Of a stretch of 64,000 bases of DNA, positions 1 through 12,289 are shown in pieces; position 1 is the stretch's first letter; the number at the start of each line of letters is the position of its first letter. The notes under the pieces are model-generated. The model saw only the letters and a program-made list of their open reading frames with translations, was not told the origin of the DNA and ran no database searches. The translations under genes were made by a program, and so were the position numbers. This stretch comes from Meyerozyma guilliermondii (Eukaryota), in NCBI GenBank assembly GCA_051546255.1, contig CP128817.1:992001-1056000 (forward strand), given 5' to 3'.

Positions 1-23
1 ATTCGATTCGCAACTTTTCTCTG

Positions 24-365
24 ATGGACAAAGAAGCATTTGAAAAACTCTCCCTAGAGTTCAGCAATGCCCAGAACCTGTTGAATGAGCTCATGAGTGC
101 TCGTTCACAGCTCGAGACTCAGTACCAGGAAAACAAGATTGTTCTTGCAGAGTTTGAACACTTGAATAAAGACTCGAAAATATACAAATTGACAGGACCG
201 GTCTTGTTACCACAGCAGTATGACGAGGCTAAATTGAACGTTAATAAGCGAATTGAGTTTATTGAAGGCGAGATCCAAAGGGTGGAGACCAAGATAGAAA
301 GCGAACAGAAAAATATAGAAACGGCGAGGGAAAAGTTGGTGGCTCTTCGACAGGGAAAAGCATAA
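24..365 (+). CDS. YKE2: Prefoldin subunit 6 (beta-type)
   Basis: 113 aa; LETQYQENKIV..EF..L....IYKLTGPVL....DEAK.NV.KRIEFI signature; lies beside COQ9 and PBA1 as in S. cerevisiae. Confidence 0.92.
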   Translation: MDKEAFEKLSLEFSNAQNLLNELMSARSQLETQYQENKIVLAEFEHLNKDSKIYKLTGPVLLPQQYDEAKLNVNKRIEFIEGEIQRVETKIESEQKNIETAREKLVALRQGKA

Positions 366-549
366 ATATAGAAGATGTAGCGAATAAAGGAATGGATAAC
401 AGAAGTAAGAGTGAAACGCTAAAAGGACAAGCAGAAGAAAAATGATGAAAATGTTCATATCCAGTCGATTTCTCATGCTATTGAATTTTTCAGGTTTTCA
501 GTTTTCAGGTTACTTAAATTTACTCTCAGATTTCCATTCTAAATACACT

Positions 550-1287
550 TTATCCCCTCGTCAACTGACTCTTGATCAAATTGACCAAGCTGACAGCATT
601 GAACAATGTCCACTGTTCAACATTGTTGTATCCCGCACCCAAGTTGCGAAGCTCATCCACCTTACCATCTACAAAGTTATAAGTTGCTTTGAAATTTGAA
701 GAAGAATCTTGCATCATAAACAACTCAGCACCCACGTAGATGGTAGAAATACCAAATCTTTTGGTGTACCATGCAAAATCATTCGATTCGTCTCCAGCAA
801 AAAATGCAATATCATCAGCCAAAGCATGAAGCTCTCCCATAGATGTTTGGACATTATATGGGGTTACTAGTTGAGCCAAAGCTCCGCCTAAATGGTGTGC
901 TACGGGCTCGTTGTACAGAAGTCGCTGTTTGAGCAAAAACATGGTTCTTTCGTACTCGTTGCTAATTTGATGAAATTCGTTGGATGGTTCCACAACGGAG
1001 TCGTTAAGTTTTTGTCGTTGCGATTGGAACCAGTATTTGACAAGCTGGAACTCGAGCGAGTCGCCGCTGGCAGAGCTGGTAAGCGCCAGAACGAGCGAGT
1101 CGGGATACTCTAGCTCTCTTATAGCCTGGGTGATACATAGAGAATCAAACCCATATTTGGGGATGTGTGTAATGGCTTGCTTAAGCACTACCGCGTCAAT
1201 ACCTTTAGTGCTTATGATCCTGGAGGGATGCTGGACCGAATGGTAGGCCCTGGAACCTTTTAAAAGATTTAAACTGGTTCTAAACAT
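550..1287 (-). CDS. COQ9: Ubiquinone biosynthesis protein Coq9, mitochondrial
   Basis: Basic presequence; LADDIAFFAGD.SNDFAWYTKR and ELFMMQDSS motifs; C-terminal NLIKSQLTRG. Confidence 0.93.
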   Translation of the reverse strand: MFRTSLNLLKGSRAYHSVQHPSRIISTKGIDAVVLKQAITHIPKYGFDSLCITQAIRELEYPDSLVLALTSSASGDSLEFQLVKYWFQSQRQKLNDSVVEPSNEFHQISNEYERTMFLLKQRLLYNEPVAHHLGGALAQLVTPYNVQTSMGELHALADDIAFFAGDESNDFAWYTKRFGISTIYVGAELFMMQDSSSNFKATYNFVDGKVDELRNLGAGYNNVEQWTLFNAVSLVNLIKSQLTRG

Positions 1288-1393
1288 GGACCAATGTGGA
1301 GTGGAACCATTCTTTTACTTCGCACCATGCTAGAGTTCAGGCCCGTGCACCCGCACATTAGAGTGCGATCTTCCTTTGGCTGTTCATTGACCT

Positions 1394-2177
1394 ATGCTAG
1401 TAAGTGACCCAAAAGCAACTGCTTTTGAGAATACTAACCCAGTTTAAACCGTGGAACGAACTTCCAGCCCCTCGTCACTTTTTGGATGACGAAAGTGATG
1501 AAACGCCTTTAATTCCGGAAGTTTTTGTTGATTTCGATGGCGAACATGTTGCCCATGCTCTCCTAGTTCCAGCAGCGGTATCAATTCTTGCCCAAAAAGC
1601 CCCAGGATCAACCGTGGGAAAAATAAGTATCAAGTACCACGCTTCTGTGCCGAATGCTCCTGAAGATTACGACGAAGATGAACAATTGTATGCGGCGATG
1701 TCCCATTCTCACAATCAAGACAAGTATAAAAGCATTGAAATTCCCATAATTGGTGGAGAATCTTGGGTTTCCGTTACCGTACCACCTTCAGAGAACCCAA
1801 TTGCATACAATGTCTTGGCTCGGGCAATAGTTGAACATATACCTGCCAAATCCTGGATCACTATTGCTCCAGGTTCATTTTACGGTCATACCATTGCCAA
1901 ACTAGAGTCTCAGAAACATGCTTCGGCGAGCGAGGTGCCAGAATTGCAGCCTCCACATTTTGTTACTGGAATAGCTGCAGCTGTCAACCGCTGTACTTCT
2001 GACGTCTTGTGTCTTGTAGTCAATGCTGAGGGACAATCCGGCTATGAACGAGTCGATGCAGATGCCTTGGCGGACGTGAGTTATGTCATCGGTAGCGCTA
2101 TGAATTTTGGAGCCGAATATTCCAAAAACGTTGCCAAGGCCGTAAGGCGAAGCGAGTCCAACAGCATATATGTGTGA
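1394..2177 (+). CDS. PBA1: Proteasome assembly chaperone Pba1/Poc1, spliced: join(1394..1399,1443..2177)
   Basis: Splicing gives N-terminus MLFKPWNELPAPRH (Pba1-like); C-terminal HbYX motif SIYV; synteny with YKE2 and COQ9. Confidence 0.85.
1400..1442 (+). other. 43-nt spliceosomal intron in PBA1
   Basis: GTAAGT at 1400, TACTAAC 1432-1438, CAG 1440-1442; removal joins ATG CTA to the long ORF in frame. Confidence 0.9.
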
Positions 2178-2180
2178 ACT

Positions 2181-3074
2181 TTATGTTTGCGAGTTCCGCA
2201 TTGACAAGTAGCAGTTCCAAAGCACAGAGATTGACGACGAAAATGGTACTTGGAGACTCCGGGGTACCACAAGAAAGTTGAAGAATTGCACGGGAAACCA
2301 TACGGTATAATTGACGATCAATGTGGGCAAGTAGATCTGGCGGAGTTTTGCTCTTGTGTCGTCCCAGGTTCCACTTTCCAACACCATGGTTCCGTATGTG
2401 AAGAAACAAAAGAGCGAGATAGGTGAATAGCATAGCTGGTCTGTAAGTACCTTGCGAAGAACCTCAATGAATTTGGGATCCGTGGCGTAGATCTGTAAGA
2501 ATTTGTACCATAGGCATTGAGCAAATGCCATTATAAAGCCCCAGCACATAAAACCAGCAAGTCTACCAAATTCAAAGTAGGAATTATTAGGAAGCTGATT
2601 GACATCGATTTGAGGATTTGGAGTCAATTCGTCGCTATATCCTTGAATATAGTCCATAAACCGCTCTAGATGATCCTCGTCGTTCAATTCCGGCTCATCA
2701 TTAGCTGGTTGGTTAGAACGGTACAAATACCCCCCATTGGAGTTGACGGTGTACATCCATGATTCACTTGCCAGGAAACTTAATGGAGCCGCCGATCTAT
2801 TATAGCTCAAAAGAGACTGAGCCAATGTTTCCGAGATGCCGTAAAGCACCAAATTTGTGACAATTATCGTGATAAGGGAATTTTTCACATATAATTCCGA
2901 ATATTTGAATGTCAATTTGAGAAGAAATGTAGCTAGAATTGTGATTATAATAAAGTTCAAAGCAGGAATTCCATATATCCGAACACTGTTGATCACCCTT
3001 GTAAATATGGATGGCTGTGGCGACACCGGGGGGACATTGGCCTCGGTATCAGCTTCCGGTAATTGAATAGACAT
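2181..3074 (-). CDS. Mpv17/PMP22 family membrane protein (YOR292C-like)
   Basis: KVLTDQLCYSP, LIVNYTVWFPVQFFNF, VLWNCYLS motifs; several hydrophobic helices. Confidence 0.85.
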   Translation of the reverse strand: MSIQLPEADTEANVPPVSPQPSIFTRVINSVRIYGIPALNFIIITILATFLLKLTFKYSELYVKNSLITIIVTNLVLYGISETLAQSLLSYNRSAAPLSFLASESWMYTVNSNGGYLYRSNQPANDEPELNDEDHLERFMDYIQGYSDELTPNPQIDVNQLPNNSYFEFGRLAGFMCWGFIMAFAQCLWYKFLQIYATDPKFIEVLRKVLTDQLCYSPISLFCFFTYGTMVLESGTWDDTRAKLRQIYLPTLIVNYTVWFPVQFFNFLVVPRSLQVPFSSSISVLWNCYLSMRNSQT

Positions 3075-3334
3075 AAGGACGGTATACCTGGTGCACGGAT
3101 GTGTTGATAACCAGTGGATAAGAAAAGGCGGGAAACAGGAGAGGGAGAATAACGGAGAAATAGTAGTGAGTGGTGACTTTATTGGGGCTATGCTTTTATA
3201 ACAGTTAGGAGTGAAATGAAAAGCAGTAAAAAGTGAAAAATGAAATCTAGTTTCAATGAGTCCTCGTTTTTAAAATTAACAATCAAACTTTTGATTCCCT
3301 TCCTCAATGCTACCTCGACTTCAATACTATTCTA

Positions 3335-3377
3335 TTGACTACATTTGACTTAATTGACTCAATTGACTTCGTTGACT
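3335..3377 (+). repeat. Five TTGACT units at 9-10 bp spacing
   Basis: TTGACT at 3335, 3345, 3354, 3363, 3372. Confidence 0.8.
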
Positions 3378-3442
3378 TCATTGTCCATTAGCTCAATTCT
3401 GCTTTCAGTCCATTTACATCCGTACACCACGCTGACTCCGCG

Positions 3443-3449
3443 CCAATCA
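3443..3449 (+). promoter_or_regulatory. CCAAT box (Hap complex-type site) upstream of complex I subunit
   Basis: CCAATCA ending 30 bp before the ATG of a respiratory gene. Confidence 0.5.
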
Positions 3450-3478
3450 AATTTTACAAATTATCAACTACAAGCTCC

Positions 3479-4096
3479 ATGTCGTACCATCAAAACAACG
3501 CTCCGGTGAGAGCAAATCCTCCCCATTCCGACTATGAGTTGATTGACATCGATCCACATTTCCTGAGAGTGGTCTCGTACTTCAGAACCTCGGATTACGG
3601 TTTATGGGCTGCTACAACTGTCGGGTTTCCATTGGCTTTGCAAGCTTGGGAAAAATTGGAGCCTGCTGCAGGTGCGTTCAAAGTGCCAGGAAAAGTGCCA
3701 GGAGGTGCCTTGAGAGCCGCCGGACTCTTGGGATGTATAGGTGGATTTTACTTGGCATATGTGAGATCCAGTAAACGATTCTTAGGATGGAGTGAGAACA
3801 GTGCCGAAGTTAAAAGAGACCGTTATGAGATCAAAAAGTTGTTGTCGCAGGAGAAATTGCCCTACCATGAAAACAAATCCGTTCTTGATGACAGACTCAA
3901 GGATATTGCCAACCGAAACTCGCAGTTTTCATTCACCACCATGGCCATTTTCCCATGGTTCAATTTGGCTCACCACCCATACCATGGTGTCAACATTCAA
4001 AAATACTATGAAGTGAGAGACGGAGAGGAAGACTGGGGGTTTCAATTGAAGCCATTTGACGAGATCAAGGCCAAGTACGCTAACAATATCGAGTAG
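3479..4096 (+). CDS. NADH:ubiquinone oxidoreductase accessory subunit (NUXM / 21 kDa type)
   Basis: YELIDIDPHF.RVV.YFR.SDY, RFLGWSEN..E, NRNSQFS...FPWFNL..H.YHGV motifs. Confidence 0.85.
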   Translation: MSYHQNNAPVRANPPHSDYELIDIDPHFLRVVSYFRTSDYGLWAATTVGFPLALQAWEKLEPAAGAFKVPGKVPGGALRAAGLLGCIGGFYLAYVRSSKRFLGWSENSAEVKRDRYEIKKLLSQEKLPYHENKSVLDDRLKDIANRNSQFSFTTMAIFPWFNLAHHPYHGVNIQKYYEVRDGEEDWGFQLKPFDEIKAKYANNIE

Positions 4097-4320
4097 CAAT
4101 GAGCATAGATGACGACGAGGATTCGTAATACACAACACAGGCTAGTACTGGGAAACCTTTTCTTCATATCTTTCTAATTCTCTTTTCCAATTTTTTTCTA
4201 ACTCTCTTTTCTGCTCTCTTCATGTTTCTAATTTTTTTCTACTCTCTTTCTCATTATCTTCTCACTCTCTCACTATTTACTCTCTCTCACTATTTCTTCG
4301 CACCGCGACTGTTTACAAAC

Positions 4321-6735
4321 ATGGAAGAATACTCCCACCTTCCCTTGGAGGAAAGGCTAGTCCATAGCGTGTGGAAGGTTCGTCTCCAAGCGTATGACGA
4401 GTTGGCCACTCAATTTGCCCAGGACTCTTCTTCCTTTGATATTTTTTCCAATTTTGATTTGATCAAAACAATCATCACAGACGCCAATGTGGTGGCCCAG
4501 GAGGCTGCTATCGGCTGTTTTTCCACATATCTCCAGCACGGTGCCTCATCGCAAACTATACCAAGGCTTAGGAGTGCTGGGGTTGTTTCTGCGTTGGGAG
4601 AAAAGGGTCTTTCATCTTCTAGAGCAGGCACCAAAGCAAAGACAATTGATTGCTTAATTTTTATGGTGGAGTTGGCAGGGAAAAGCTCTGATATAGATGA
4701 TGTGGTAGAGGATGTCCTCGCTTTTACGTCGGCTAAACTCCCAAAACTAGTTGCTGCTAGTGTAAATGCCGTTACTAGTATCGTGGATTCCTTTGGATGT
4801 GTAGTAGTACTGCCTAAACCAATTGTGCCGTTTATACCCAAATTATTTGCCCATGCTGACCGCAATGTTAGAGCTGAAGCTACAAAGTTGTGTGTTGTCT
4901 TGTACCAATGGCTTGGCGATGCTGTTTCTACTATGATATTTTCAGATCTCAAACCAGTGCAACAGAAAGACTTGACAAAAGCGTTTGATAATGCTGAAAG
5001 AACCACCACGCAGAAAAGATTGACTAGAAAACAGCAATTGGAACAGCAACAAAAAGAGGAAACTAATGCCAATACGGCGAATGAACCACATCAAGAAGAT
5101 GACAAAGGTAACGATGATATAAACATGGATGACGCTTTTGATGCATTCGATGTCATCCCGCCTGTGGAAGTACTTTCCAAGTTTCCTTCCAACTTTTATC
5201 AACAGATCCAGTCTTCTCAGTGGAAAGAACGCAAAGAAATCTTGGATGAAGTGCACACCATACTTGAAAAAACAGCCAGATTGGAACCCTCGGACGACTA
5301 CACTGATTTTGTCCGTGTATTGTCCAAATGTCTAAAGGATTCAAACATCATTGTGGTGCAGCTTGCAGCGAACTGTGTGGAATATTTGGCAAAAGGTCTC
5401 CGTGAGGGCTTTCTGAAGTACAGACTGATGGTCCTTGATCAGCTAGTTGAGCGTACCAAGGAACGTAAGGCCAGTGTCTCAGAAGCATTGAATACTGCTC
5501 TAGACACCATTATTCAATTTTCTTCCTTATCAGATGTCTTGAGTGCCTGTATTTCTGGAATGAACAGTAAAGTTCCACTTGTGAAAATTTCTTCGACAAA
5601 TTATCTTTGTCGTTGCTTATTATCGACAAAAGAGCCCGTTCAAGAATCGGAAGTCTCAACCATCATGAGCGTGGGACAAAAGTTACTCGCTGATTCGCAA
5701 GAGCCAGTACGTCAATCGGCTACTCAAATGGTTGGTACATTGATGAAATTGACTGGCCAGCGCCCACTAAAGCCATACTTGGAAAAGGTGGATGATAACA
5801 GAAAGGCAAAGGTGATGAAGGTCTACGAAACTGTGCAAGTGAATCTCAAACCTACAGCCGTACCCACCAAGAATCAACCACCTCCAAATCAGCCACAACG
5901 GTCTCTGTTGAACACTAGAGATATTACCAGTTCTGATAGCACTCGCAAGCTTGCACTTCCTGGAGGTCCTCGTCTGTCTATACCTTCAAAGAGAGGAGCA
6001 ACTTCGCCAGCTAAACGTGAAGAAAAGCCTAATCTTTACGGCAGAGGATTTGCTTCGCGGCCACTTCCTTCTGCCTCTATTCCTAAGTTGGACTCGGTGG
6101 TGCCAGAACTCTCTCGTGAAGCTTCTTTCTCTCAAAAGGATCGAGAAGAACTCGAAAAACTACGCAAAGAGAAAGAGCTGTGGGCAAAGGAAAAAGTGCT
6201 GCTTGTTCATTCGCAAGAACGTCTTTCTTTGGAAAAAGATCAACTCTCTCAACAACTAGAAATTCTTCGCCAGCAAAAGCAAAGCGCTACCAGAGACTCC
6301 GAGAATGCGGCACTTCTACTCAAGCAAAAAGACTCGCAAATAATTCGTTTAAATAGCGATCTCGAGACAGCCAAACTCAAAATCAGAGATCTCGATCAAA
6401 CGGTAGAAATGATGAGATTGCAACAGACTTCGACACAGCTGCATTTTTCTCACTCGCCAGTATCGCCGTATCCACTCAACACCAGACTCACCAGCGGTGA
6501 GTTGAGTACTCGTGTTCACCGCCTTTCTATCGACGGTGAAAACGATACACCACCAGTTCCATCTCCACAGCGATTTCGCAGCCCGCAAAAAGTCACCGAT
6601 ACCACCAATATTCCTCCACCCAGAGAATTGGACTTCAGCACAAACGATGATAGTTGGAGCCATGCGGCGGAAATCACTTCCCAATTGAAAGCTCGTATCG
6701 AAAAGATGAAAGCCACTCGTCGTGGTATATCGTAA
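4321..6735 (+). CDS. STU2: XMAP215/Dis1 microtubule polymerase
   Basis: Two TOG domains ([22 protein letters not shown]), basic linker, coiled coil, C-terminal LKARIEKMK; start placed at MEEYS, upstream in-frame region is CT-rich low complexity. Confidence 0.93.
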   Translation: MEEYSHLPLEERLVHSVWKVRLQAYDELATQFAQDSSSFDIFSNFDLIKTIITDANVVAQEAAIGCFSTYLQHGASSQTIPRLRSAGVVSALGEKGLSSSRAGTKAKTIDCLIFMVELAGKSSDIDDVVEDVLAFTSAKLPKLVAASVNAVTSIVDSFGCVVVLPKPIVPFIPKLFAHADRNVRAEATKLCVVLYQWLGDAVSTMIFSDLKPVQQKDLTKAFDNAERTTTQKRLTRKQQLEQQQKEETNANTANEPHQEDDKGNDDINMDDAFDAFDVIPPVEVLSKFPSNFYQQIQSSQWKERKEILDEVHTILEKTARLEPSDDYTDFVRVLSKCLKDSNIIVVQLAANCVEYLAKGLREGFLKYRLMVLDQLVERTKERKASVSEALNTALDTIIQFSSLSDVLSACISGMNSKVPLVKISSTNYLCRCLLSTKEPVQESEVSTIMSVGQKLLADSQEPVRQSATQMVGTLMKLTGQRPLKPYLEKVDDNRKAKVMKVYETVQVNLKPTAVPTKNQPPPNQPQRSLLNTRDITSSDSTRKLALPGGPRLSIPSKRGATSPAKREEKPNLYGRGFASRPLPSASIPKLDSVVPELSREASFSQKDREELEKLRKEKELWAKEKVLLVHSQERLSLEKDQLSQQLEILRQQKQSATRDSENAALLLKQKDSQIIRLNSDLETAKLKIRDLDQTVEMMRLQQTSTQLHFSHSPVSPYPLNTRLTSGELSTRVHRLSIDGENDTPPVPSPQRFRSPQKVTDTTNIPPPRELDFSTNDDSWSHAAEITSQLKARIEKMKATRRGIS

Positions 6736-6838
6736 AACGGCTGCAAATGGCATCGAAGACGGGTTGTATACAGTCGTCCTGTATATCGCCGTTGAGTCAA
6801 CGCCGGTTTCGGTCGCAATACCAAGTCGAGTTGTGCCA

Positions 6839-7606
6839 ATGTCTTCTAAGCTTCGGATTCTAGTTCCCATCAAGAGGGTGATTGACTTCGCCATCAAGCC
6901 GCGTATAAACAAGGCTGGCACCGGTGTAGAGACCAAGGGTGTCAAATTCAGCATGAATCCATTTTGTGATATTGCATTGGAAGAATCTTTAAGACTTCGT
7001 GAAAATAACAAAGACCTTGTTGATCACATCCATGCGGTGTCTATAGGCCCTACCAAGGCACAGGATGTGTTGCGTACAGCATTGGCCAAGGGAGCAGACT
7101 CCACTACTTTGGTTGACGTCGGGGACGATGAAGTCGAGCCACTTGCAGTAGCCAAGATTCTCAAGAAAATGGTAGAAAAGCAGAACTCTAACCTTGTGAT
7201 TTTGGGTAAGCAGGCCATTGACGATGATGCCAACCAAACCGGTCAAATATTATCTGGGCTTTTGGATTGGCCTCAGGCCACAAATGCTTCCAAGGTTCAA
7301 GTCGAAGGAGATTCTGTTACTGTTACCCGTGAGATTGATGGAGGTTCTGGAACCCTTCGTGCGAAGCTTCCTATGGTTATAACCACCGATTTGCGTTTGA
7401 ATGAACCACGGTATGCGTCATTGCCCAATATAATGAAGGCCAAGAAGAAGCCATTGGAAAAGTTGAAAGCATCTGACTTTGACGTAGATCTCACGAAGCG
7501 GGTGGAGACTTTGAAGGTAGAGGAGCCACCAGCGCGTCAAGCTGGTGTGAGAGTGGAAAGTGTGGACGAGTTGATTTCGAAGTTGAAGGAGATAAAGGCT
7601 TTGTAG
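6839..7606 (+). CDS. CIR1: Electron transfer flavoprotein beta subunit
   Basis: [51 protein letters not shown]. Confidence 0.95.
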   Translation: MSSKLRILVPIKRVIDFAIKPRINKAGTGVETKGVKFSMNPFCDIALEESLRLRENNKDLVDHIHAVSIGPTKAQDVLRTALAKGADSTTLVDVGDDEVEPLAVAKILKKMVEKQNSNLVILGKQAIDDDANQTGQILSGLLDWPQATNASKVQVEGDSVTVTREIDGGSGTLRAKLPMVITTDLRLNEPRYASLPNIMKAKKKPLEKLKASDFDVDLTKRVETLKVEEPPARQAGVRVESVDELISKLKEIKAL

Positions 7607-7789
7607 ATAGACAAAGAGGAAGAATATAAGAGAAAGCAAATAACATCTGTGTAAAGCTACAATTGACAACTGACATATGAAATGCTACAAACGGCAATTT
7701 GGAGGCTCAGTGCTATGTATAAATAGGACTTAACTTTCTTCGAAATAGACTTATCTTCGCGCAATTTTTCACTACCCCACAAACTCCGA

Positions 7790-8668
7790 ATGTCGGTTGC
7801 AACTACTGTTCTGTACCTCTCAAAAAGAATTGATGCCTATGACTTTGCTACTAAACCATTCGTCTGTGGAATAAGTGGCCCGCAAGGGTCCGGTAAATCA
7901 TACATGGCAGAATACGTATACTCGGAACTTTGTACCAAATATCCGAAACTTACCATTCTTCAATTTCTGATGGATGATTTATACTTGAGCCATTCAAAGC
8001 AGCTAGAGTTAACCAAAGCTAATAGCATTCCATTGCATGAAAATCGCATGTTGCAAGGTCGAGGCTTGCCAGGAACTCACGACATTGACTTGGCAGTGAA
8101 CATTTTTGAACATCTTTTTACCAACTATAAAAAACCATTCCCAGAGCTCAAAGTTCCACGGTATAACAAGGCGGCCTTCAATGGTGAAGGAGACCAGTTT
8201 CCTGAAGATCAATGGACGGTAATTCGGAAACCGGTAGATATAATCATATTTGAAGGTTGGTTCAATGGTTTTTGTTCATTGGACGAACACCAACTTTTAC
8301 TCAAGTATATGACTGCAAATTACTCCTCCAGTTTGCTTCCTAAACACCCATTCCACAACTTTTCTGACTTGAATGTCAAGCTCAAGGAATATGAAAAAAT
8401 ATGGTCGTTTTTTGACTACTTTGTCTTGCTCGCTACAGACTCTATAAAAAACGTTTACAACTGGAGACTTCAGCAGGAACATGCTTTGATCAAGAATGGA
8501 GGGACTGGCATGTCCGATAGCGCCGTACTCAAATTTGTGGATCGGTACATGCCGATGTACGAAATTTATTACGATAAAGTTTGTGCTATAGGTTGCTTGG
8601 AACCGGGAAACAATCTTCGAATCGAGATAGACAGCGAACGTAACTTGATACAATGCGATGAATATTAG
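7790..8668 (+). CDS. TDA10: P-loop kinase, glycerate kinase/Tda10 family
   Basis: GISGPQGSGKS, GRGLPGTHD, FEGWFNGF, VY.WRLQQEH, FVDRYMP. Confidence 0.9.
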   Translation: MSVATTVLYLSKRIDAYDFATKPFVCGISGPQGSGKSYMAEYVYSELCTKYPKLTILQFLMDDLYLSHSKQLELTKANSIPLHENRMLQGRGLPGTHDIDLAVNIFEHLFTNYKKPFPELKVPRYNKAAFNGEGDQFPEDQWTVIRKPVDIIIFEGWFNGFCSLDEHQLLLKYMTANYSSSLLPKHPFHNFSDLNVKLKEYEKIWSFFDYFVLLATDSIKNVYNWRLQQEHALIKNGGTGMSDSAVLKFVDRYMPMYEIYYDKVCAIGCLEPGNNLRIEIDSERNLIQCDEY

Positions 8669-8669
8669 A

Positions 8670-10415
8670 TTAGCACCAGAATTTATATATCCGGTAATAG
8701 AATGCTCTCTTTGATAGCTGTTCTCGTTCTTCCTCCTTTTCTTGTCTTATCAAATCGGCATCAATGTGAACACGACCGGTGTCGATATCTAATTCCTCAA
8801 TTGGAATGTACAACCGCCATTGTCTCTTCCAAACTTTGTAGAATAACCAAGACACCAAAATGACTGGAAGTCCCAAGTAAGACAAGAAGAAGTCGTATGC
8901 GCTTGGCTTCCCTCCCAATGGAAATAATGCTATCCAGAACTGAGCAACCAAAACCAACACATTTAGAGTCAACCCGTAGTAGGAACCCCACCTTCCGGCC
9001 TGTGAAACATATGGCAATTCATCGGTGCTTCTTCCTTGGTAACTGAGAGCATTTCTGAACCGTATGTGACAAACGTTGATGGAAATCCAAGTTGCAATCG
9101 AACTGATACCAGAGAGAGCTAAGAGCCAGTTGAAGGCTTCTTCTTGTTTGTCAGATGCAGCGATGAAAGCGAATAATGCAAATGTATCGGTGATGGCAAT
9201 TGCTACGAGAGGCCGTCCGGCTCTGTCAATGTAGCCTGTCCATTTGGGAGCCATTCCTTGCTCTGCGAGCGAATTGAGGGATCTCGAAGTAGCATAAACT
9301 GAAGAGTTACCCACTGAAATAACTGCAATCAAAATCACCACATTGATAACACTGGGCAATCCCTTGATTCCACCGTTTACTACTGCAATGACAAATGGAG
9401 AAGCCGTGGCATCTACTGAAGAATCTCCGAGCAATCTGTCATCGTCGTAAGATACCAAACATGCAACAATGGTTAAGGACACAAGATAGAACAAACATAT
9501 TCTCCAAAAAACTTGCTTAATAGCCTTTGGTAAAGTTTTTCTTGGGTTTGGAGTTTCTGCAGCCGTTAATCCAACCATTTCGGTACCACCGAATGAAAAG
9601 GCAGCGGTGACAAAGACGGAACATACTCCTTTGAAGCCATTTGCAAATGGGCCCGGTTCCCTCCAATTTTTTCCTCCAATAAACTCATGAGATGGTCCTC
9701 CACCGCAAATCAAGACTATTCCTAGAATGATGAAACCTATAATAGCAATGACCTTTACCATGGAAAATATAAACTCGGCCTCACCATAGCCCTTCACACC
9801 TAAGAGAGTTACAAATACCACAGCCACGAAGAATATTGCCACAAATATATCGGGGTTGAGAGTGGAGTTCCAGTATTTGATAGTTAATGATGCAGCCACT
9901 AGCTCAAGAGGAACGAGCACAAAAAACTGCATGAAATAGTTCCATCCCACTGCAAAACCAACAGCAGGTTCTATGAATCTGGTAGCGTAAAGATTGAATC
10001 CACCACTGACTGGAAGAGTAACTGATAATTCTCCAAGGCCCTGGATTGTGGCATAAACTCCTGTCAGGATTAACGTCCAGGCAATGATCAACCCGGCACT
10101 TCCACCAGTTCTCAATGCTGATCCGGATCCCACAAATAGTCCTGTACCTATAGAGGAACCTATTGCAATCATCTGTAAATGGCGAGACTTCAAACTACGA
10201 GACAACTGAGAGTTGCTAGCCTTCAAGGCCGCTCTCTGTACATCCGTTAGTTCTTCTTCATCCACTGCAATCTCATGTGTTAAGGTTTCGGTTTTGATGG
10301 CTGGTTTGAAGGAGTCTTTGAAAGAAGTCCATAGTCCCAGTTTTTCAATAGATGATGATGCACTTAGTTCATTTTCTCTGGCTACCGAAGGCTCCTCTTT
10401 CTTTTCGGCCCTCAT
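8670..10415 (-). CDS. Yeast amino-acid permease (Gap1/Hip1-like, APC superfamily)
   Basis: [34 protein letters not shown], about 12 TM segments, C-terminal FWC. Confidence 0.93.
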   Translation of the reverse strand: MRAEKKEEPSVARENELSASSSIEKLGLWTSFKDSFKPAIKTETLTHEIAVDEEELTDVQRAALKASNSQLSRSLKSRHLQMIAIGSSIGTGLFVGSGSALRTGGSAGLIIAWTLILTGVYATIQGLGELSVTLPVSGGFNLYATRFIEPAVGFAVGWNYFMQFFVLVPLELVAASLTIKYWNSTLNPDIFVAIFFVAVVFVTLLGVKGYGEAEFIFSMVKVIAIIGFIILGIVLICGGGPSHEFIGGKNWREPGPFANGFKGVCSVFVTAAFSFGGTEMVGLTAAETPNPRKTLPKAIKQVFWRICLFYLVSLTIVACLVSYDDDRLLGDSSVDATASPFVIAVVNGGIKGLPSVINVVILIAVISVGNSSVYATSRSLNSLAEQGMAPKWTGYIDRAGRPLVAIAITDTFALFAFIAASDKQEEAFNWLLALSGISSIATWISINVCHIRFRNALSYQGRSTDELPYVSQAGRWGSYYGLTLNVLVLVAQFWIALFPLGGKPSAYDFFLSYLGLPVILVSWLFYKVWKRQWRLYIPIEELDIDTGRVHIDADLIRQEKEEEREQLSKRAFYYRIYKFWC

Positions 10416-10676
10416 CTGGTAATATGTTTTGGAAAATCTAAGTTGAATTAATGATTTTCGTCATCTCAGCAGCAAGTATTTCATGGGGCGTTTCTGGATC
10501 GCAGTAAGGCAATTTGAACAGATGAGTCATTCTGCATGTAGAATGCCATCCGAGATTTACTTTTACATATGCACCGAAAGGCGTAAATGGAAAGTGAGCG
10601 CGAAGGCTTCGAAAACGCCGCATGCAGCAACCCCGTGATGGAAAACGGTTATTGTATGCCGTACATTCAATCCACC

Positions 10677-11429
10677 CTAGTAGAGAGACATCTTTCTTGA
10701 ACGACTAAGCTTGCTCAAACTCTCCTGCTGAATCTCGGTGGAGGCTATTGTACGCCTTCTATTTATAGGAGATGGCTCGACAAACATTTCCTCCTCATCA
10801 GTAGCAGCACCGTTCGACTCCAATTGCGTCAATCGGCGATGAATCAGATCGAGCTGGCGCTTGATATCGTTGATGCCCCGACTTTGATGAACAATACCTC
10901 TTTCTAGCCGATCGAATTTGATGGACTTTTCATCATCGCCAAACACTTGATCTTCCAATAACCTATGTGCAACACAATCCGCCAATTTTTGCGACTCATT
11001 GGCAGTTGACGGCGACAGTTTCAATTCCACCAATCTTCTCGTTTCCTCAACAAGGCTAGAAATACGCTGAAACTCCGTCTCTACCATAAGGGCCAACTTG
11101 CGCATGGTCTGGTCACATCTGCCGACAGCATCCTGATTAGTCGCCACTGACTTGGTCAATGTCGCAATCATTTCATGTAACGAACCAGATTCCAATTCTA
11201 GCTGAGCAGCCCATTTAAGCAACGTTCCTGGCGGCTCAGTTTTGTACCCGATATGAGCCCAAAAATCCTTGCAACGGCTTTCAGACGATTGATTAGAACC
11301 AAATAGTTGTGAATGTGGAAGGGATGTACAACGTTGAGTAGGAGACCCCGAAGTGTTTTCATCAACTAGTGTGGATTCAGCAGCAGCAAAATCAATCGAT
11401 TCATTTCCATCTGGTGCACCGGTACTCAT
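10677..11429 (-). CDS. Hypothetical coiled-coil protein
   Basis: 250-aa ATG-initiated ORF filling the gap; TATAAAA on minus strand at 11461-11467; no family recognised. Confidence 0.6.
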   Translation of the reverse strand: MSTGAPDGNESIDFAAAESTLVDENTSGSPTQRCTSLPHSQLFGSNQSSESRCKDFWAHIGYKTEPPGTLLKWAAQLELESGSLHEMIATLTKSVATNQDAVGRCDQTMRKLALMVETEFQRISSLVEETRRLVELKLSPSTANESQKLADCVAHRLLEDQVFGDDEKSIKFDRLERGIVHQSRGINDIKRQLDLIHRRLTQLESNGAATDEEEMFVEPSPINRRRTIASTEIQQESLSKLSRSRKMSLY

Positions 11430-11849
11430 GGGTTAGAATTTTTGAGGGGAGGGGGCACCCTTTTATAGACCGCGTTTGCAGCCATGGTTGCAAAAGTCGG
11501 AGCTATAAAAGATGCCGATGCCACGAAATCGAGAACGCTTAATCTAATTGAATTTTTCGATTTCTGCGAGTGTTTGCCATAAGGTTGCTCAAGGGCTACT
11601 GGTGTGTACTTTATAAATGCAAATTGCTCATGATAGAATTCAAGTAAATATACTGCTCAAGATGAATTTGAGTGATTCAGACAAGAGACAACTAGTGAAT
11701 AAAAAGGACTGATATAAGTTCTTTCTGAAGTTGGGGCCCAAGTGCTATATCCTTCCTTTCCTAATTCGGTTGTGGTATGGTGCATCTGGGCATAACGCGT
11801 GGCTCCGTTTGATTCTCATCTCGTGCGAAATTGTCTTCGTGAACTCACA

Positions 11850-12178
11850 ATGTCCAGCCTAAAAGAGTTTCTTAACAGTAAGTAATGCATCTAGGCTACT
11901 TCAATTGCCATACTAACGCAGAATCTGTGAGAGTAATCACCACTGATGCTCGATTGTTTGAAGGGATTCTTGAAGGGTTTGATAATTCCACAAATATCAT
12001 CCTCTCGTCATGTTATGAACATATAATATACGAAGAGGAAGATGAGGAGAACCAAGCTATACCGTTGGGCGTTTACTTTATGAGAGGTGGAAACGTGGTA
12101 TGTATAGGAGAGACCAGTGGTGATGTTGATTTTACAAAAATGAAAGGTACGCTAAAAGGAACAAAAAACCCATTATAA
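11850..12178 (+). CDS. LSM8: U6 snRNP Sm-like protein, spliced: join(11850..11877,11922..12178)
   Basis: Spliced product MSSLKEFLNKSVRVITTDARLFEGILEGFDNSTNIIL...LGVYFMRGGNVVCIGE; adjacent to MDE1. Confidence 0.9.
11878..11921 (+). other. 44-nt spliceosomal intron in LSM8
   Basis: GTAAGT at 11878, TACTAAC 11911-11917, CAG 11919-11921; phase-1 junction restores Lys codon. Confidence 0.92.
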
Positions 12179-12289
12179 GAATTTATCAAGTGAACTGTTA
12201 AAGGGGAAGCTACCCAAAATTGCATTAGAAGAACAAGAACGGTTACTTAACAGGCATTGAAGACAGAGTTTATTGCACTATACATTGGC

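Noticed and set aside
3335..3377. TTGACT array as W-boxes for a WRKY-like factor
   Set aside because: No supporting evidence; similar slippage arrays with other units occur in several gaps.
4222..4320. N-terminal extensions in the ORF track (STU2 from 4222; also CIR1 from 6722, MDE1 13129, HRD3 21478, CPH2 29723, secreted protein 37882, beta-glucosidase 45221, Ccw12-like 61514)
   Set aside because: They run through promoter or low-complexity DNA, often from non-ATG codons; family homology or signal peptides begin at the downstream ATG.
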